Shown here: positions 61,467 to 64,000 of the stretch, one piece after another
Layout: each line of letters begins with the position of its first letter
How positions within the stretch are numbered: the first letter of the stretch is position 1
Assembly (NCBI GenBank): GCA_041485905.1
Contig: JBGPKK010000004.1
Span: 1,525-65,524, forward strand
Length of the DNA: 64,000 nucleotides
Source of the DNA: Vicinamibacteria bacterium
GTDB taxonomy: Bacteria > Acidobacteriota > Vicinamibacteria > Vicinamibacterales > CAVVIG01
Direction: 5' to 3'
Notes under the pieces: model-generated
The model's database searches: none
What the model was told of the DNA's origin: nothing
What the model saw: the letters and a program-made list of their open reading frames with translations, nothing else
Program-made: the position numbers and the translations under genes

Positions 61467-63185
61467 ATGATCCATCTTGCGCTCATCGCGCTGCTCGCTC
61501 AGAACGCGTCTTCTTCACTTCAAGGCATTGTCTTGAACGCCGGGACCAACGCTCCGCTTTCCAAAGCCGTCGTCGAAATCCGTGGAGACGACAGCAGCGC
61601 TCCTCCGCTCTACACCACGACGACCGAAAGCAATGGAAGATTTCTGATCCCAAATGTGCGGCCGGGCCGCTATCGGCTTGTGGCCAGTCGACCGGGGTAC
61701 GTGCGCCGGACGCTCAGCGTGAGCGTTGCCCAAGGACGGACCGAAGACGTACAGGCGTTGCTGACGCCGACCGCCGCCATTGCCGGACGGGTCTCTGGCG
61801 CCAACGGCGAGCCGATGGGCAACGTCGACGTCGACGCGCTGAAGGCATCGTATCAGGATGGACGACGCATTCTCACCACCGTGCAAACCGTGCGGACCGA
61901 CGATCGCGGCGAGTATCGACTCTTCTGACTGCCCCCGGGCCGATACTACGTGAGCGCGACGCATCAGGACGCGAAAGGCATCATGGAAAGGATGATGGGG
62001 TCGGCTGGAACCTTCGAGGGCGGCATTGGCGTCGGCCCGAGCCCGGGTGGTTTCAACCAAGCCAGATCCGTCGGCGATCCCGCCGTCGCTGTCCAACTGC
62101 CCCAGCTCGAGCTCGAAGCGCAGCAGCAGTCGGAACGGTACGTGGCCGTCTATTTCGCAGGAACGATTAGCGACCAAAGCGCGTCGCCCATCGATCTGCG
62201 CGCCGGCGCGGACGTCGGCGGCGTGGATCTGTTGCTGGCGCCGGTGCGCGCGCGGCACGTGCGAGGCGTCGTCATCAACGGCGCGACCGGGCAAGTCGCG
62301 CAGTACGCGGGGCTCAGAGTGATCGGCGCCGCTTCCCTTCCCGGTGGGCCTGGTGGCGGCATGAATGCCGACGGCCGCGCGGAAATCAACGAGGACGGCT
62401 CGTTCGACCTCACGCTGTTTCCTGGATCGCATATCTTGATCGGCACCGCCGGAAACGGAGTCGGATACGTGAGCCTCGAGCTTGGCGATGCGGATATCGA
62501 CGGAGTCCAGGTTGTCGCGCTGCCCGCGTTCAACATTCCCGGCCGCCTCGTCAGCGACGGCGGTGACGACGCAGACCTGCGTAACCTTCGCATCAGCCTC
62601 CGCCGCGATTTGGGGATTCAGGCCACCGCGTCGCCGTCGTACAGTAATCCCCGTGCAGACGGAACGTTCGTCGTGGAGGCGACTCCTGGAGACTATCGGG
62701 TAAGCGTCTCCCCCATCCTGAATCTCAATCCGGGTCCTCCGTTCTTCACGGTGCCGCCGAGTCTGCAAAACGCGTACGTCAAGTCGATCCGCTTGGGAAA
62801 TGTGGACGTTTTGAATATCGGGGTCCGCCTCGAACGCCCGCCGGCAGATTCACTCGAGATCGCCATCGGCACCAATCCAGGCGCCGTCGAAGGCACCGTC
62901 GTGAACGAGCAGCAGGCGGCTGCTGCCGGTGTCACCGTGGTTCTCCTCCCCGACTTCCGTCGTCGAACCGATCTCTACAAGACCATTACGACCGATGCAT
63001 CAGGCCGATTCCACATGGATGGGGTTCCTCCGGGAGACTACCGCGCGTTCGCGTGGCGGGAGGTGGGCGACGGATCCTGGCAGGATCCGGAATTCATCCG
63101 CGCGTACGAAAACCGCGGAACGCCGGTCCGAGTCGGTGAGGGAACGCCGACCCCCGTCACGCTGACCGTGATCCCGCCGCAGTGA
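61467..63185 (+). pseudogene. CarboxypepD_reg-like repeat protein, paralog 3, interrupted by an in-frame TGA at 61926-61928
   Basis: Track ORFs 61467..61928 and 61950..63185 are in the same frame. RLF*LPPGRYYVSATH aligns with RLFWLPPGRYYVSATH of paralog 2, a TGG->TGA change. Confidence 0.7.
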
Positions 63186-63292
63186 TATTTTCTCTGACGG
63201 ATGTAGGGGACGGTCTTGAGATCGTCCCGAGAGGAAGGCGATGCGATGCGGCGGCGTTGGTGTATTCTGATGCGCAAGAGAGCCTCCCACAA

Positions 63293-64000
63293 ATGAAGAG
63301 CACACGCCACGTTCGCTTCGCTCTGTTCGTTGCGGCGCTGGCGTCGGCAACGTCAGGCGCGATCGCCATCGCGCAAACGGTGTCGCTGAAGCCGCCCACC
63401 GCCGCCGATTGGGATGCACTCGCCAAACTGCCCGACTTCACAGGTGTGTGGGAAACGGGCGGCGGCCCGGCACCGCAGCGAGGCGGAGCCCGCGCCGGTG
63501 CGCCAGGCGATGCCGCTGCGCCCGCCGGAAATCGCGGAGCCGGCGCACAAACCGCACCCGCGCGAGGCCGGCAAGGAGCCGGCGCAGGTGGCGGTCGCGC
63601 GGGCGGGCCGTCGCTCACGCCTGAATACGCGGCGAAGAGAGCGGCGCTCCTCGCCAATCCGCCTGAGGACAGCCCGGCCGCCAACTGTCTGCCGCCGGGC
63701 ATGCCGGGGATCATGGGTCAGCCCTATCCGATGGAGTTTCTGCTGACGCCCGGTCAGGTGACGATCCTGATCGAGGCGTACAACCAGATTCGCCACATAT
63801 ACACCGACGGCCGCAAGCTCCCCGACGATCCCGATCCGACGTTTTACGGCACGTCGGTCGGCCGGTGGGATGGCGACACTCTGGTGGTGGACACGGTGGG
63901 CTTCTCGCCGATCACGCAGATCGCGAACGGCGTCCCGCACAGCGACAAAATGCGGATCGCCGAGCGCTTCCGGCTCGCCGATCCCGACACGATGAGCATC
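63293..64000 (+). CDS. Hypothetical exported protein (5' partial view; runs off the window end)
   Basis: Own translation: MKSTRHVRFALFVAALASATSGAIAIAQ (signal peptide), then a Gly/Ala/Arg-rich stretch, then CLPPGMPGIMGQPYPMEFLLTPGQVTILIEAYNQIRHIYTDGRKLPDDPDPTFYGTSVGRWDGDTLVVDTVGF... The frame is open to 64000 and is not in the ORF track. Confidence 0.6.
   Translation, partial: MKSTRHVRFALFVAALASATSGAIAIAQTVSLKPPTAADWDALAKLPDFTGVWETGGGPAPQRGGARAGAPGDAAAPAGNRGAGAQTAPARGRQGAGAGGGRAGGPSLTPEYAAKRAALLANPPEDSPAANCLPPGMPGIMGQPYPMEFLLTPGQVTILIEAYNQIRHIYTDGRKLPDDPDPTFYGTSVGRWDGDTLVVDTVGFSPITQIANGVPHSDKMRIAERFRLADPDTMSI

Noticed and set aside
61926-61928. TGA in paralogue 3 as a selenocysteine codon
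   Set aside because: The paralogues have Trp (TGG) at this position. I see no SECIS-like hairpin immediately downstream, and no selenoprotein logic applies to a beta-sandwich repeat protein.
63207-63228. GGGACG-N10-CGTCCC hairpin after the paralogue array as a terminator
   Set aside because: The stem is only 6 bp with a 10-nt loop and no U-tract. This is too weak to call.
1-64000. tRNA, rRNA, transposase, integrase, prophage or known defence-system genes
   Set aside because: I saw no T-loop (GGTTCGAATCC-like) contexts with acceptor stems, no rRNA-like stretches, and no DDE, tyrosine or serine recombinase motifs in any supported ORF. The DUF234-type ATPase at 35744 stands alone with no partner genes.

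Overview
Visibly GC-rich bacterial chromosomal window. Gene content (BlaI/BlaR1-type sensors carrying TonB_C, CarboxypepD_reg repeat proteins, many secreted peptidases) suggests an Acidobacteriota-like organism; this is inference only. I support about 60 protein-coding genes. I found no rRNA, tRNA, CRISPR array, transposase or integrase. Many long ORFs in the track are antisense or out-of-frame shadows of real genes, as expected at this GC content.

Gene order:
- three-gene pseudopilin operon with a sigma-54-like promoter
- radical SAM protein, FGE-domain protein, M23 peptidase, ABC-F ATPase
- TolB-like protein plus M28/PDZ peptidase
- SDR, proline dehydrogenase and DinB operon
- response regulator, histidine kinase and HtrA module
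- small wHTH-like protein plus PCMT-like methyltransferase, divergent from an OMF/HlyD/MFS efflux operon followed by MltB
- housekeeping genes (ferredoxin, xth, lysC, pepT, GH36, lepB, purA, rnc, cutA, ftsB and others)

Most interesting observations:
1. 55.9-63.2 kb: a blaI-blaR1-like operon whose sensor carries CarboxypepD_reg and TonB_C domains. It is transcriptionally fused to three tandem paralogous CarboxypepD_reg repeat proteins. These show a 120-nt perfect gene-conversion tract, and the third copy has a single TGG->TGA nonsense change. A 40-bp AT-rich palindromic operator overlaps the promoter.
2. 44.4-52.5 kb: an uncharacterised cluster. It contains a divergent PTPS/QueD-like enzyme, a BchC-like MDR dehydrogenase, a GT4 glycosyltransferase, two methyltransferases, a RibD_C reductase, a CDP-alcohol phosphatidyltransferase and an LTA-synthase-like transferase. 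It also holds gene remnants (a truncated ribA and an internally deleted FkbM copy) and an FkbM ORF that runs about 750 nt antisense through the RibD_C gene.
3. Families of short AT-rich intergenic repeats: 7-mer x4 arrays abutting stop codons, long hairpins built from tandem 8-mers, and a TIR-bounded 73-83 nt miniature element in two copies. One copy appears to supply the start codon and signal peptide of the M23 peptidase.
4. AT-rich perfect palindromes and TATAAT boxes immediately upstream of start codons.

All functional calls rest on motifs read from the translations. No database search was run.
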